Source of the DNA: Candidatus Dojkabacteria bacterium
GTDB taxonomy: Bacteria; Patescibacteriota; Dojkabacteria; JAOAGR01
Reading direction: 5' to 3'
Assembly (NCBI GenBank): GCA_025999155.1
Contig: AP026679.1
Location: forward strand, 400,699 to 464,698
DNA length: 64,000 nt
Shown here: piece by piece, positions 49,057-58,857 of the stretch
Layout: every line of letters begins with the position of its first letter
Position numbering within the stretch: position 1 is the stretch's first letter
Notes under the pieces: model-generated
The model's input: only the letters and a program-made list of their open reading frames with translations
The model's database searches: none
What the model was told of the DNA's origin: nothing
Position numbers and translations under genes: made by a program

Positions 49057-50136
49057 ATGAGCCCGCAATTTGCACAAAGTGTTCATGATGATATAGCTTT
49101 TTTATTACAACAGTTGCGCTCATCGAATTGCCCTGAAGAATTACGTTCGGAAGTAGAGCGCAAATTAGGAATAATCATCAAAACAGCGCAATTTGGCGGA
49201 TTTTCTACTGAATTTGAGAAAATTACTAAATATGTAGAATGGATTTCCCGTATACCATGGGGAAAATATACAGTTGATAATCTTTCTCTAGCTAATGTAA
49301 AAAAGACTTTAGATAAGCATCATTATGGAATTGAGAAAGTAAAAGAAAGAATACTTGAGTACATATCCATCATGAAATTAAAGATGGATCAAGAAAAGAC
49401 TAACGTTGTGAGAGCTCCAGTGATGTGTTTTGTCGGGCTTCAGGGAATCGGCAAAACTAGTCTTGCAAAAGCTATTGGTGAGGCGATGGGACGATCAACA
49501 GTCAGAATTGCTATGGGAGGTCTGGGTTCTACTTATGAGTTACGAGGTAAGCCAAAAACAGAACCAGATGCAGAGCCTGGACAAATTATCAAAGCTTTAA
49601 TTAATGCTGGTAGTATGAATCCACTAATTATACTTGATGAGATGGATAAAGTCTCGGGGAATATAGCGCTAAGAAAAGATTTTATGGCAATACTACTTGA
49701 AATATTGGATCCAGAACAGAACTATGCTTTTCGCGACCATTATATTGATTACCCTGTAGATTTATCTAAGGTGTTTTTCATTGCTACCGCGAATAATCTA
49801 GGAAATGTATCCGCTGCTTTATTGGATCGCTTGGAGGTGGTTCGATTCTATTCATATTCAGATGAAGAAAAAGAAGTCATTGGTAAGTTATATCTACTAC
49901 CTAATATTATGCAGGAAGTTGGATTAACATCTGAACAATTAGAGTTCACTGATGATGCTTGGCCTACTATTGTGAGACCTTTAGGATTTGATGCCGGTAT
50001 TCGCCAATTAAAACGCAATCTGTATTCTATTTGCAGAAAAGTCGCAAAAATTATAGTCCTTGGTAAAGCTAAAAAAGTGATTATTAATTCAAACAATGCA
50101 AAATCTTTTATAGACGAAAGTTTTGCCGTGATGTAA
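49057..50136 (+). CDS. Lon-like AAA+ module without N-domain or protease domain
   Basis: LDKHHYGIEKVKERILEY, GLQGIGKTS, NPLIILDEMDK, LLEILDPEQN, DLSKVFFIATAN, ALLDRLE. Confidence 0.9.
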   Translation: MSPQFAQSVHDDIAFLLQQLRSSNCPEELRSEVERKLGIIIKTAQFGGFSTEFEKITKYVEWISRIPWGKYTVDNLSLANVKKTLDKHHYGIEKVKERILEYISIMKLKMDQEKTNVVRAPVMCFVGLQGIGKTSLAKAIGEAMGRSTVRIAMGGLGSTYELRGKPKTEPDAEPGQIIKALINAGSMNPLIILDEMDKVSGNIALRKDFMAILLEILDPEQNYAFRDHYIDYPVDLSKVFFIATANNLGNVSAALLDRLEVVRFYSYSDEEKEVIGKLYLLPNIMQEVGLTSEQLEFTDDAWPTIVRPLGFDAGIRQLKRNLYSICRKVAKIIVLGKAKKVIINSNNAKSFIDESFAVM

Positions 50137-50232
50137 GCATTATAAGTTTTTTACTTGCAATAACTATAGCTTAACACAACGTCCCCGATGTATACTACAA
50201 ATATAAAGGGATTTAAAAAGCCTCTCTGATGG

Positions 50233-50265
50233 ATACTCCTAATTGTACTAAATTGGAGTATTTTT
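50233..50265 (+). terminator. Possible intrinsic terminator between the convergent Lon-like gene and ndk
   Basis: ATACTCC...GGAGTAT stem followed by Ts. Confidence 0.45.
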
Positions 50266-50323
50266 CAGATACGAAAAATAAACATAATATAATCTACATT
50301 ACTCTAGATTATTTTAGATTACC

Positions 50324-50929
50324 TTATCTATTCTCTTCCCATTCGGTAGAGTAGAGAATATCTTCAATAGCTAGTCTATAATCATAAATTTCATCTTCCT
50401 TGAACCAAACAGCTAATTCTCTTTCGGCTTCTTCAACGGAGCTTGATGCGTGAATCAAATTACGTGCTGCTCGGTCGGCTTCATCTGCAAGTACATATGA
50501 ATCTATCGTGTAATCACCTCGTATTGTACCAACATCAGCATCAAGCGGACTACCATGTCCTACAAGTTTTCTTACATGATCGATAGCATGGGCCCCTTCG
50601 ATTACCATGACTAATACTGGTCCAGCGAGCATAAATCTAACTAGTCTTCTTTGTACATCTTCTGCAATTTTTATTGGATCCATGTTTAATTCTATGCCTC
50701 TCTTTTTATATGACTCCAATGTACGTGTGCCGCTTTTCAATTTTTCTTCATCTGACCAATAATAATGTGCTTTTGCTTGTTCTTCTGTAGCCTTGAGAAA
50801 TTTCATAGCTACAATTTTTAGGCCTTTTTTTTCGAAGCGTGAAATTATTTCGCCCATTAGCCCTCTTTGTACAGTATCTGGTTTTAGTAGTACTAATGTT
50901 CTTTGGTATGATAATGGTTTATTTTGCAT
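50324..50929 (-). CDS. ndk: Nucleoside diphosphate kinase (long form)
   Basis: RTLVLLKPDTVQRGLMGEII, GTIRGDY, RNLIHAS. Confidence 0.96.
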   Translation of the reverse strand: MQNKPLSYQRTLVLLKPDTVQRGLMGEIISRFEKKGLKIVAMKFLKATEEQAKAHYYWSDEEKLKSGTRTLESYKKRGIELNMDPIKIAEDVQRRLVRFMLAGPVLVMVIEGAHAIDHVRKLVGHGSPLDADVGTIRGDYTIDSYVLADEADRAARNLIHASSSVEEAERELAVWFKEDEIYDYRLAIEDILYSTEWEENR

Positions 50930-51109
50930 AGCGATTTATTTTAGCATTAATCAATGCCCAATTACTAATGTACTATAAATTTATTTAAAATCCATTAAAT
51001 AATATTGAGATATTTGTGTTGTTATATTATTTAACACTTTGTAAACGTTCAAAACCAATTTATACATTGTTGATTAGATCACAATTCAGTTGTAATATTT
51101 GAGTCTAAA

Positions 51110-52321
51110 ATGAATGTTTACTTATTAGGATTAATTACTTTCTTAAATGCTTCTTGTATCGGACTGGTAATCCCGGTAATGTTTAATTATGCTTCTAGTT
51201 TAGGTCTTGATAATGTCTTAGTAGGTTTACTCTTTGCTACTTTTCCTTTTGCCCAGTTCTTGGCAACCCCAGTAATTGGAAGATTGTCGGATAGATATGG
51301 GCGCAAAACTTTACTTGTAATTTCGTTATTGGGAACTTTTTTTGCTTCGTTGATTCAAGCTTTGGCTACTAATGGATGGATGTTATTTTTGGGAAGATTT
51401 TTGGACGGGATTACAGGAGGCAACACTTCGGTAGTACAAGCAGCGATTGCTGATTCTGCAAAAAATAAAGATAAGACTTTTGAATTTGCTTTATCTGGAG
51501 CGGCACATGGTTTGGGATTTCTTTTTGGTACTCTTTTAGCTTTATTTATTTCTAGAATTGGCAATTTTTACGTTTATATGAGTGCGGCTTTCCTTGCACT
51601 CATTGCAACAGCGATTACATTATTTTTTCTTCCAGAAACTAATTTGTACAGAGAAACAAAACCTTTAAATGTAGTAGAGTTAGTATTTTTACAAATATTT
51701 AGAGCTTTCAAATTACCTGTGATAAGAGATATTTTGATAATAAGCTTGGTAACTGGTATATCTCTTATGCTTTTCCAAGTTACTTTTCAGCCTTATATAA
51801 CAATGAATTTCGGATACGGTCAGGATGAAATTACACAAGTTATGATATTAAATGGATTGATGAGTATAGCTTTTTTAGGGTTAAAGTGGATTGTTGATAG
51901 GTTTGGTTTGATTCGTTTATTAAAGTTGACGTTTTTACTAAGATTGTTAGTCTTTTTAATTCTCGCACTAATTATTGATAGATATGTTTTTTGGGGGGCT
52001 ATGCTGATTCTTGCAGTTACTAATTTAGTTGGTAGACCTGTGATTTCTAATATGATTAGTAATTATGCAAGAAAAGAGGATCAGGGTGCTGCAATGGGTG
52101 TTGCTGAGAGCATGTATTCTATAGGATTAATTATCGGACCGTCGATATTTTCAATCGCTACAATTCCCCTAAATAATGGCTTTACTCTGGGATTCGAAAT
52201 GCTAAATAATGCTCTAATTACTACAGCAAGTAATTACACACTCCCTTTTTATTTTATGGCATTAATTAGTTTGATTACTTATGTTCATGTCATTAAATTT
52301 ACTAAGCAAATTGAGTCATAA
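51110..52321 (+). CDS. MFS transporter, TetA/DHA1-like, copy 1
   Basis: GRLSDRYGRK, GRFLDGITGGN; about 12 TM helices. Confidence 0.9.
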   Translation: MNVYLLGLITFLNASCIGLVIPVMFNYASSLGLDNVLVGLLFATFPFAQFLATPVIGRLSDRYGRKTLLVISLLGTFFASLIQALATNGWMLFLGRFLDGITGGNTSVVQAAIADSAKNKDKTFEFALSGAAHGLGFLFGTLLALFISRIGNFYVYMSAAFLALIATAITLFFLPETNLYRETKPLNVVELVFLQIFRAFKLPVIRDILIISLVTGISLMLFQVTFQPYITMNFGYGQDEITQVMILNGLMSIAFLGLKWIVDRFGLIRLLKLTFLLRLLVFLILALIIDRYVFWGAMLILAVTNLVGRPVISNMISNYARKEDQGAAMGVAESMYSIGLIIGPSIFSIATIPLNNGFTLGFEMLNNALITTASNYTLPFYFMALISLITYVHVIKFTKQIES

Positions 52322-52468
52322 TCTGCCTCCGCTTGTTTCTCTGTCGCCTTGAGAAACTTAATAGCTACGATTTTAGGATCCTTTTGTTTATACCATTAAG
52401 TCTCTTTGAACGGCATCTGGTTTTAATATGACTACAGTTCTTTGATAAGAAGATGCTTTCTTAGACAT
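52318..52468 (-). pseudogene. Decayed 5' fragment of a second ndk
   Basis: Manual translation MSKKASSYQRTVVILKPDAVQRDLMV* then, after a deletion, PKIVAIKFLKATEKQAEADY; matches the N-terminus of ndk. Confidence 0.85.
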
Positions 52469-52480
52469 AATCTGCCATTT

Positions 52481-52546
52481 TTAACATTCAAAATAAATAA
52501 GTATATAATGCGACTCATTTGCATTATTTATATTTTACTATATAAT
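52481..52546 (+). promoter_or_regulatory. Promoter(s) with a Fur-family-type palindromic operator
   Basis: ATAATGCGACTCATTTGCATTAT (52505-52527) overlaps TTAACA-17-TATAAT (52481-52509) and TTGCAT-16-TATAAT (52519-52546). Confidence 0.65.
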
Positions 52547-52564
52547 CGGCAGGTGTATCTCGTT

Positions 52565-52945
52565 ATGGTAAGAAAATATTCGGTCAAAAGGCAAAGAATA
52601 CTACAACTTTTTGAAGATCATCATATATTGACTGCTAATGAGATTGTACGATTATTACCAGATATTGATCGCGCTACGATTTATCGTAATTTAAAGTATT
52701 TTGTTGAAACTGGTGAAATTCGCCAATTGCAAATACAAAAAAATGTTATGAGTTACGAGCGTTTTAATCCAGATGATATGCATCAGCATTTCTTATGTCG
52801 TAATTGTAATAAAGTCTTAAAAATATATGGAATAGACAAAAACTATATTCAAAGTAAATTGCCACATGATGTGAATGTAGAGTTTATAGATTTAAATGTA
52901 ATAGGTGTATGTGATGAATGTAGCTCCGTTTTAAAACCTTGTTGA
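52565..52945 (+). CDS. Fur-family metalloregulator
   Basis: RQRILQLF, DRATIYRNL, HQHFLCRNC, GVCDEC; start set at ATG 52565. Confidence 0.92.
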   Translation: MVRKYSVKRQRILQLFEDHHILTANEIVRLLPDIDRATIYRNLKYFVETGEIRQLQIQKNVMSYERFNPDDMHQHFLCRNCNKVLKIYGIDKNYIQSKLPHDVNVEFIDLNVIGVCDECSSVLKPC

Positions 52946-52991
52946 AATATAGTTATTCAAAATATCACATTACCAAATTATTAAAAGTCTT

Positions 52992-53948
52992 ATGAGAGTA
53001 GCTTTCGTAGGTAAAGGTGGCAGTGGGAAGACCACTATTGCATCATTATTTGCATCATTTTTAGCATACAAAAAGCAGAAAAATATATATGTGGTTGATG
53101 CTGATCTTAATAGGAATATAGCAACACAATTAGGAATTGATACTAGTTCTGTACCAAAATTAAGTGATCCCGAAAATCAAACAAAGATACGTTTGTGGTT
53201 AATGGGCATTCGTCACGATATACCTGAAAATAATTTAAAGTACTTCAAAAAAACGACTCCTCCGCGTATTGGTTCAAATATAATAAAAATATCTGACATT
53301 GATTCCTATCCTGTATTAAGAGAATATTTTATAGGAGATTCTATTAAGCTTGCAGAGATAGGTGAATATGACAAAAGCCTAGTTGCAAAAAATTGCTATC
53401 ACGGGTCATTGAGTATTTTAGAAAATATTTTGAGTCATCTAGATGATAGAGAAGGCTGGTTTGTTGTTGATATGGTAGCAGGGACAGATGCCTTTGTGGG
53501 ATCTTTGTTTGTACAGTTCGATTATATCTTTGTTGTTGCAGAACCTACACGCAATTCACGAGAAGTAGTTCGTCAGTTTGATGAATTAGCAATGCATACG
53601 GGCACTCAACATATATTCAAAATTATTGGTAATAAGGTTGAAAGTTTTGACGATGTCGATTTTATAAAATCTTTTAGTAAAAACTTAGAGTTCCTATATG
53701 CTTTCAAAAAGTCTGACTACATAAAAAGGGTTGAAATAACTGATTCGAAATTTGAAATTCAAAAACTTGAAAAAGATAATCTAAATGTATTGGAATCTCT
53801 TTTTACATATGTAGCAAAGAAGACAATTGACCCTAATGCAAGATTGGAATTATTGCGCAAATGGCACTATAAGGTAGCTATGGATCATTCTGGAGAAGAC
53901 AGAGATATTTTACTTAATCAAATAGCTAACGAGATATTATTTAATTGA
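52992..53948 (+). CDS. CooC/MinD-like P-loop ATPase
   Basis: VAFVGKGGSGKTT deviant Walker A, VDADLN, CYH motif, VVDMVAG, GNKV. Confidence 0.82.
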   Translation: MRVAFVGKGGSGKTTIASLFASFLAYKKQKNIYVVDADLNRNIATQLGIDTSSVPKLSDPENQTKIRLWLMGIRHDIPENNLKYFKKTTPPRIGSNIIKISDIDSYPVLREYFIGDSIKLAEIGEYDKSLVAKNCYHGSLSILENILSHLDDREGWFVVDMVAGTDAFVGSLFVQFDYIFVVAEPTRNSREVVRQFDELAMHTGTQHIFKIIGNKVESFDDVDFIKSFSKNLEFLYAFKKSDYIKRVEITDSKFEIQKLEKDNLNVLESLFTYVAKKTIDPNARLELLRKWHYKVAMDHSGEDRDILLNQIANEILFN

Positions 53949-53958
53949 ATTTAGTAAT

Positions 53959-55323
53959 ATGAATGTTTTTATTGGAGAAAATTCATTGCAGGATTTTTTA
54001 AACCCTTCTAATATATTTACCCCACTGGTCGAACTACCATCTTCATTAAATACATTTATTGATAGAAACGTCAGAATTTTCATTAAATTAATGTCACATA
54101 CTTCGCTTTTTAATATAAAACACGTAACAGTTTATTCGATGCTAGCACGCACACGAATAGCTGGTAAGCGCTTTCTTGTAGAGAGTTCTTCGGGGAATAC
54201 TGCACTAACATTAAGTATTCTAGCTAAGTACTTTGGATATAAAAAAACAAAATTCTTTTTTTCCCATAGGGTACCTATCGGAAAATTGAATTTGATTAAA
54301 CTTCTTGCTGATGAAATAGAGGTAAATAAAGAGCCTTTATGTCCTGATAAGAAAGATCCAAATTCTTCTATAAACAAAGCAAAATCAATTGCACAAGAGT
54401 CTGATTTTTTAAATCTAGATCAGTATTCTAATCCAGCAAACCCACAGGGGCATTTTGAAGTCACAGGACAACAAATTTTAGAACAATTTGAGTATGCCAA
54501 TTTGCATGTTGATTATCTTTTTGCTGCTGTAGGAACAACCGGAACTATTGTAGGTACTTCGTTGAAACTTAGGGAAAGATTTCCAAGTTTAAAGACAATA
54601 GGAGTAGCGTCTGCCGATGATATGGTTCGGCTTGGTGCTAGATCAAAAAATTTACTTGAAGAGATAGATTTTGAATGGAAATCTCATGTCGACGACTTAG
54701 TGGAGGTAGACGTACAGACAGCTTTTGTCAATTCTATCAATCTTGTGAAATCAGGAATATTAGTTGGACCGTCTACCGGTCATATATTTGGTGGAATCCT
54801 AAAATATGTAGGTGAGAATAATGTCAACAATGCGAACATTGTATTTGTCTCATGTGATACATTTTTACCGTACGTAGAAGAATATATCAAATATTTACCG
54901 TCTGAATATATGGCAAGTGTCATAAATGAAGATCTAGCTTTGAATTACGCTAAAGTACAAGCTAAATTAGCAGGAAGGAATTATATGGACTATAGAATTG
55001 AAGCAGATGTTTTTATAGAGAGGTATCGAAATCTTGACAATAACAGTATTTGTATTGATATAAGAAAAGATAGTGAGTATTCAGCATTTAGGTTACAAAA
55101 TGTCGAAAGGATTCATGAGCAAGATTTAGAGGACGAAACAGTCCAGTCCAGTATAATTAATAATCTGAAGAGTTACAATTCGGTATATGTAATAGATTGT
55201 GGTATGTCAGACATGGCGAAATTACTTAGTCTCATCTTGAGACAAACAGAGGTAAATGCGTATTGGGTAGATGGAGGTATGGACTACATTTCTAAAAACT
55301 GGCCTGAATTAATTGTTCGTTAG
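53959..55323 (+). CDS. PLP-dependent cysteine-synthase-family enzyme fused to a rhodanese-like domain
   Basis: TPLVEL, NIK (PLP Lys), ESSSGNT, QYSNPANPQGH, GTTGT, GPSTG; C-terminal IDIRKDSEY...DCG...WVDGG. Confidence 0.85.
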   Translation: MNVFIGENSLQDFLNPSNIFTPLVELPSSLNTFIDRNVRIFIKLMSHTSLFNIKHVTVYSMLARTRIAGKRFLVESSSGNTALTLSILAKYFGYKKTKFFFSHRVPIGKLNLIKLLADEIEVNKEPLCPDKKDPNSSINKAKSIAQESDFLNLDQYSNPANPQGHFEVTGQQILEQFEYANLHVDYLFAAVGTTGTIVGTSLKLRERFPSLKTIGVASADDMVRLGARSKNLLEEIDFEWKSHVDDLVEVDVQTAFVNSINLVKSGILVGPSTGHIFGGILKYVGENNVNNANIVFVSCDTFLPYVEEYIKYLPSEYMASVINEDLALNYAKVQAKLAGRNYMDYRIEADVFIERYRNLDNNSICIDIRKDSEYSAFRLQNVERIHEQDLEDETVQSSIINNLKSYNSVYVIDCGMSDMAKLLSLILRQTEVNAYWVDGGMDYISKNWPELIVR

Positions 55324-55574
55324 TATTTAAGAGTTGATTTTGTAATTATAAATTTACTCAGAATGAATTTCAGTGTAATTTCATCATTCGTATATTGCGT
55401 GATATTTCAACCATCCTGATACTGTTGTTTAATTGATCATGTCCTTGTGAATCGGAGAATTAATAGTTCATCTTTGGCTCAGTCAAAGTCATTTATTTTT
55501 ATATGTTTTTACTTGCATAATGTTTATTCTAGGTTAACATTGTGTTAGAATCGCGAGCATATTTTTTTAGGGAT

Positions 55575-56834
55575 ATGGGATCAAAGAGACTGATATTTAT
55601 AGTGGGGTTAATTTCTTTTTTAAATGCCCTTACTTTAGGTGCTATTATTCCAGTAATTTATACTTATGCTTCAAGCTTTGATTTAAACGATGCTTCAATA
55701 GGTGTACTTTTTGCTACTTTTTCTCTTGCTCAATTTTTTGCGACTCCAGTTATAGGTAGATTATCAGATAAATATGGACGTAAACCTCTATTAGTCATTT
55801 CACTATCTGGTACATTTGTTGCTTCACTAATTCAAGCTTTTGCTACTAGCGGATGGATGTTATTTTTGGGAAGGTTTTTGGACGGAATTACAGGAGGGAA
55901 CAATTCGGTCGCTCAGGCTGTGATAGTAGATTCTGTTGAAGAAAAAGATAGACCATTTGGGTTTGCTGTATTTGGAGCTGGTTTTGGTTTAGGTTTTCTT
56001 GTCGGCCCAGTGATTTCTCTATTTATCTCTAAAATAGGAAACTCTTACGTATTTTCATTTTCAGCTTTACTTGCTTTAGTGACAACATTGATAGCATTAT
56101 TTGTCCTTCCCGAAACAAATTTGAATAGAGAAACTAAACCACTAAATTTTGTAGAGGTACTTTTTTTAGAAATATTTCGAGCTATGAAAATGCCGATAAT
56201 AAGGGATATTTTGTTAATTAATTTTATTACAGCTCTTTCTACCGCTATTTTTCAAATAGCATTTCAGCCTTACATAACCGTAAATTTCGGTTATGGTCAA
56301 GATCACATTTCATATGTATTGATACTAAATGGAGTTATTAGTATAGCATTTTTGGGGTTTGTTAAACGTCTAAGCGATAAATTTGGATTAAATAATCTAC
56401 TTAGATTAACATTTTTAATTAGATTTTTAACGTTTTTGGTTCTTGCAGTAATTGTTAACAAATTAATTTTTTGGATTGTCATGGTAGTCTTAGGTTTTAT
56501 AAATTTATTTAGTAGACCAGTTATTTCTACTATGATTAGTAATTATTCCAGAAAAGAGGACCAGGGGACCGTTATAGGTGTAGCAGAGAGCATGTTTTCA
56601 CTTGGATTAATCATTGGACCATCATTATTCTCATTAACTTCACTTCCCAAAAATTCGGGATTTAGTCTAGGAAGCCAAACATTAACAAATTTATTAATAA
56701 ATTCTGCTAATAATTATACGCTTGCATTTTATCTAATGGCAGTAATAAGTTTGTGTGCTTTTGTCTATGTATTAAGGTTTACAGCTATCGTTGAGAAAAT
56801 GTTTTCTACCCATAAGAAGGAAATAGACTTTTAA
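55575..56834 (+). CDS. MFS transporter, TetA/DHA1-like, copy 2
   Basis: Paralog of 51110-52321; GRLSDKYGRK; ATG 55575 preferred over GTG 55542. Confidence 0.9.
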   Translation: MGSKRLIFIVGLISFLNALTLGAIIPVIYTYASSFDLNDASIGVLFATFSLAQFFATPVIGRLSDKYGRKPLLVISLSGTFVASLIQAFATSGWMLFLGRFLDGITGGNNSVAQAVIVDSVEEKDRPFGFAVFGAGFGLGFLVGPVISLFISKIGNSYVFSFSALLALVTTLIALFVLPETNLNRETKPLNFVEVLFLEIFRAMKMPIIRDILLINFITALSTAIFQIAFQPYITVNFGYGQDHISYVLILNGVISIAFLGFVKRLSDKFGLNNLLRLTFLIRFLTFLVLAVIVNKLIFWIVMVVLGFINLFSRPVISTMISNYSRKEDQGTVIGVAESMFSLGLIIGPSLFSLTSLPKNSGFSLGSQTLTNLLINSANNYTLAFYLMAVISLCAFVYVLRFTAIVEKMFSTHKKEIDF

Positions 56835-56898
56835 TCAACGTATACAAAAGCAATTGATTTCAATCATTTATATCACATCTTCATGTAGTTTTTTGTGA

Positions 56899-56974
56899 TG
56901 GAGCCACTTGTGGGATTTGAACCCACGACCTGCGGTTTACGATACCGACGCTCTACCAGCTGAGCTAAAGTGGC
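56899..56974 (-). tRNA. tRNA-Thr(CGT)
   Basis: GCCACTT acceptor stem, TAGCTCAGCTGGTAGAGC D-arm, anticodon loop ATCGTAA, GGTTCAAATCCC, encoded CCA. Confidence 0.93.
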
Positions 56975-57036
56975 ATGTTAATTTGTTTATCGATTATAAT
57001 ACAAATAGATTACAAAATTCCATTTAATAATCTAGG

Positions 57037-58122
57037 ATGCAAATAGTACAACAAAACGAAATATCTCTAGCTGACATTGTCGCTGTGCTAAGACGAAATG
57101 GGCTTATTATATATCCGTTTGACACTTGTTATGGATTAGTATGTGATCCTACCAATCAAGTTGCCGTTGATAAATTGTTAAAATACAAGGCCCGAAGAGA
57201 AGGTAAGGCTATTTCTGTGACTGTAAAGGATATTGCAATGATAGAAGAGTATGCTGTAATTAATGATACAGCTCGTAATTTTATTCAAAACTTCTTGCCG
57301 GGACCTTTTACTGTCGTTTTACAATCCAGACATAAATTTGCTGATGGAATAGAAGCAGAAAATGGCACAATAGGTATTCGTATCCCCAATTATAGACCTA
57401 TTGTAGATCTGGTTGGTTTGTATGGGTCACCTTTGACATCTACTTCAGCCAATCAAAGCTATCAAAAAACTCCTTACAAAATTTCTGATATTTTGGATTA
57501 TGCAAATAGACGCGATTTAGATTATATAGATCTAATAGTAGATGCTGGTGATCTTCCTAAAAACCCTCCTTCCACGGTTATTGATTTTTCTAACGATAAT
57601 ATTCATGTATTGCGAAAAGGATCAATAATCCCAGAGGGAGCAGACTTTAGTCAACGGGTCTCAAATTCGGTCGCTGACACTATAGCGATCGGCAAAGAAT
57701 TGATGCAAAAATATAGAACAAATCTCCAATATAGACCTGTGATATTTGCCTTACAAGGAGATATGGGAGCAGGGAAAACTCATTTTACTAAAGGATTAGG
57801 ACTAAGCTTAGGAGTCAAAGAAGAAATCAATTCACCAACATTTGTTATTGTAAACGAATATAATTTAGATACAGGAAATAAGTTATATCATATTGATACT
57901 TGGCGGTTAGACATATCTGCTGACTTTCACGAACTAGATGAAATCCAATTTGTTAATATGCTAAGAAAGGAAGGAGATTCATATAATGCCATCTCAATTG
58001 AATGGTCTGATAAAATTGTTGATTATTTGAATAAAATAGATAGCAATATCAAGCTTATATGGGTTGAGATTGTCATCGATTATCAAAGTCCTAATAAACG
58101 AATTATTAAATGGAGTGAGTAA
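57037..58122 (+). CDS. Fused TsaC (Sua5/YrdC) and TsaE t6A biosynthesis protein
   Basis: YPFDTCYGL, PGPFT, GIRIP, TSTSAN, PSTVID; then LQGDMGAGKTHF, SPTFVIVNEY, YHIDTWRL, IEWSD. Confidence 0.92.
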   Translation: MQIVQQNEISLADIVAVLRRNGLIIYPFDTCYGLVCDPTNQVAVDKLLKYKARREGKAISVTVKDIAMIEEYAVINDTARNFIQNFLPGPFTVVLQSRHKFADGIEAENGTIGIRIPNYRPIVDLVGLYGSPLTSTSANQSYQKTPYKISDILDYANRRDLDYIDLIVDAGDLPKNPPSTVIDFSNDNIHVLRKGSIIPEGADFSQRVSNSVADTIAIGKELMQKYRTNLQYRPVIFALQGDMGAGKTHFTKGLGLSLGVKEEINSPTFVIVNEYNLDTGNKLYHIDTWRLDISADFHELDEIQFVNMLRKEGDSYNAISIEWSDKIVDYLNKIDSNIKLIWVEIVIDYQSPNKRIIKWSE

Positions 58123-58139
58123 TTATGTTATAGTGCGAT

Positions 58140-58844
58140 ATGTCGATTGGTAATTTTGAATTTGAGGTTGTAGAGAACCAGTTAATAGTTGAGAAAATCC
58201 GTCTATTAAGAGTAAAGCCAAATATTCCAGTTGATTTTCAAGCAGGTCAGTATTTTTCTTTTAAAATAGCTGATAAAGTAAATAGATCTTATTCTGTTGC
58301 TTCTCCTCCTAATCGCCAAACTATAGAATTTCTTGTAGAGATAATAGAAGGTGGTTTAGGATCGACTTTCATTGATAATCTTAGAGTGGGGGATAAATTT
58401 GATGCCATTGGTCCTTTAGGTTTTTTTACTTTAGAAAAAACGGGTGCATTGGAAGATGATAATCCTATTATTTTTGTAGCTACAGGTAGTGGCATATCAC
58501 CAATTAGATCTATGTTATACGATTTATTGGAGAATAAAAAAACTTCTCGCGAGATATACTTATATTTTGGCTTAAGATATGATGAAAGAGCTTATTTTTT
58601 TGAAGAATTTGGTAATCTAGTATCAATCTATCCTAATTTGAAGTTTTATCCTGTTATTTCACGACCCAGTGCTAAATGGAATGGATTTGTTGGTTATTGT
58701 CAAGATGTAATTCGGCAACGCCCATTGATACATAATGCACGGATATATGTCTGTGGTAGCAATAAAAACGTCGAAAGTATTATAAATAATTTAGTTTCTT
58801 TTGGTTATGATAAAAATAAAATTTTTCATGAAAAGTTTGGTTGA
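58140..58844 (+). CDS. FAD/NAD(P)-binding oxidoreductase (ferredoxin reductase family)
   Basis: FQAGQY, RSYSVAS, GGLGS, ATGSGISP, YVCGS, EKFG. Confidence 0.9.
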   Translation: MSIGNFEFEVVENQLIVEKIRLLRVKPNIPVDFQAGQYFSFKIADKVNRSYSVASPPNRQTIEFLVEIIEGGLGSTFIDNLRVGDKFDAIGPLGFFTLEKTGALEDDNPIIFVATGSGISPIRSMLYDLLENKKTSREIYLYFGLRYDERAYFFEEFGNLVSIYPNLKFYPVISRPSAKWNGFVGYCQDVIRQRPLIHNARIYVCGSNKNVESIINNLVSFGYDKNKIFHEKFG

Positions 58845-58857
58845 TGATTTAGTTTTG

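Noticed and set aside
56930-56950. A at position 32 and a 27-43 mismatch in tRNA-Thr(CGT)
   Set aside because: Minor deviations in an otherwise canonical cloverleaf; no sign of an intron or recoding
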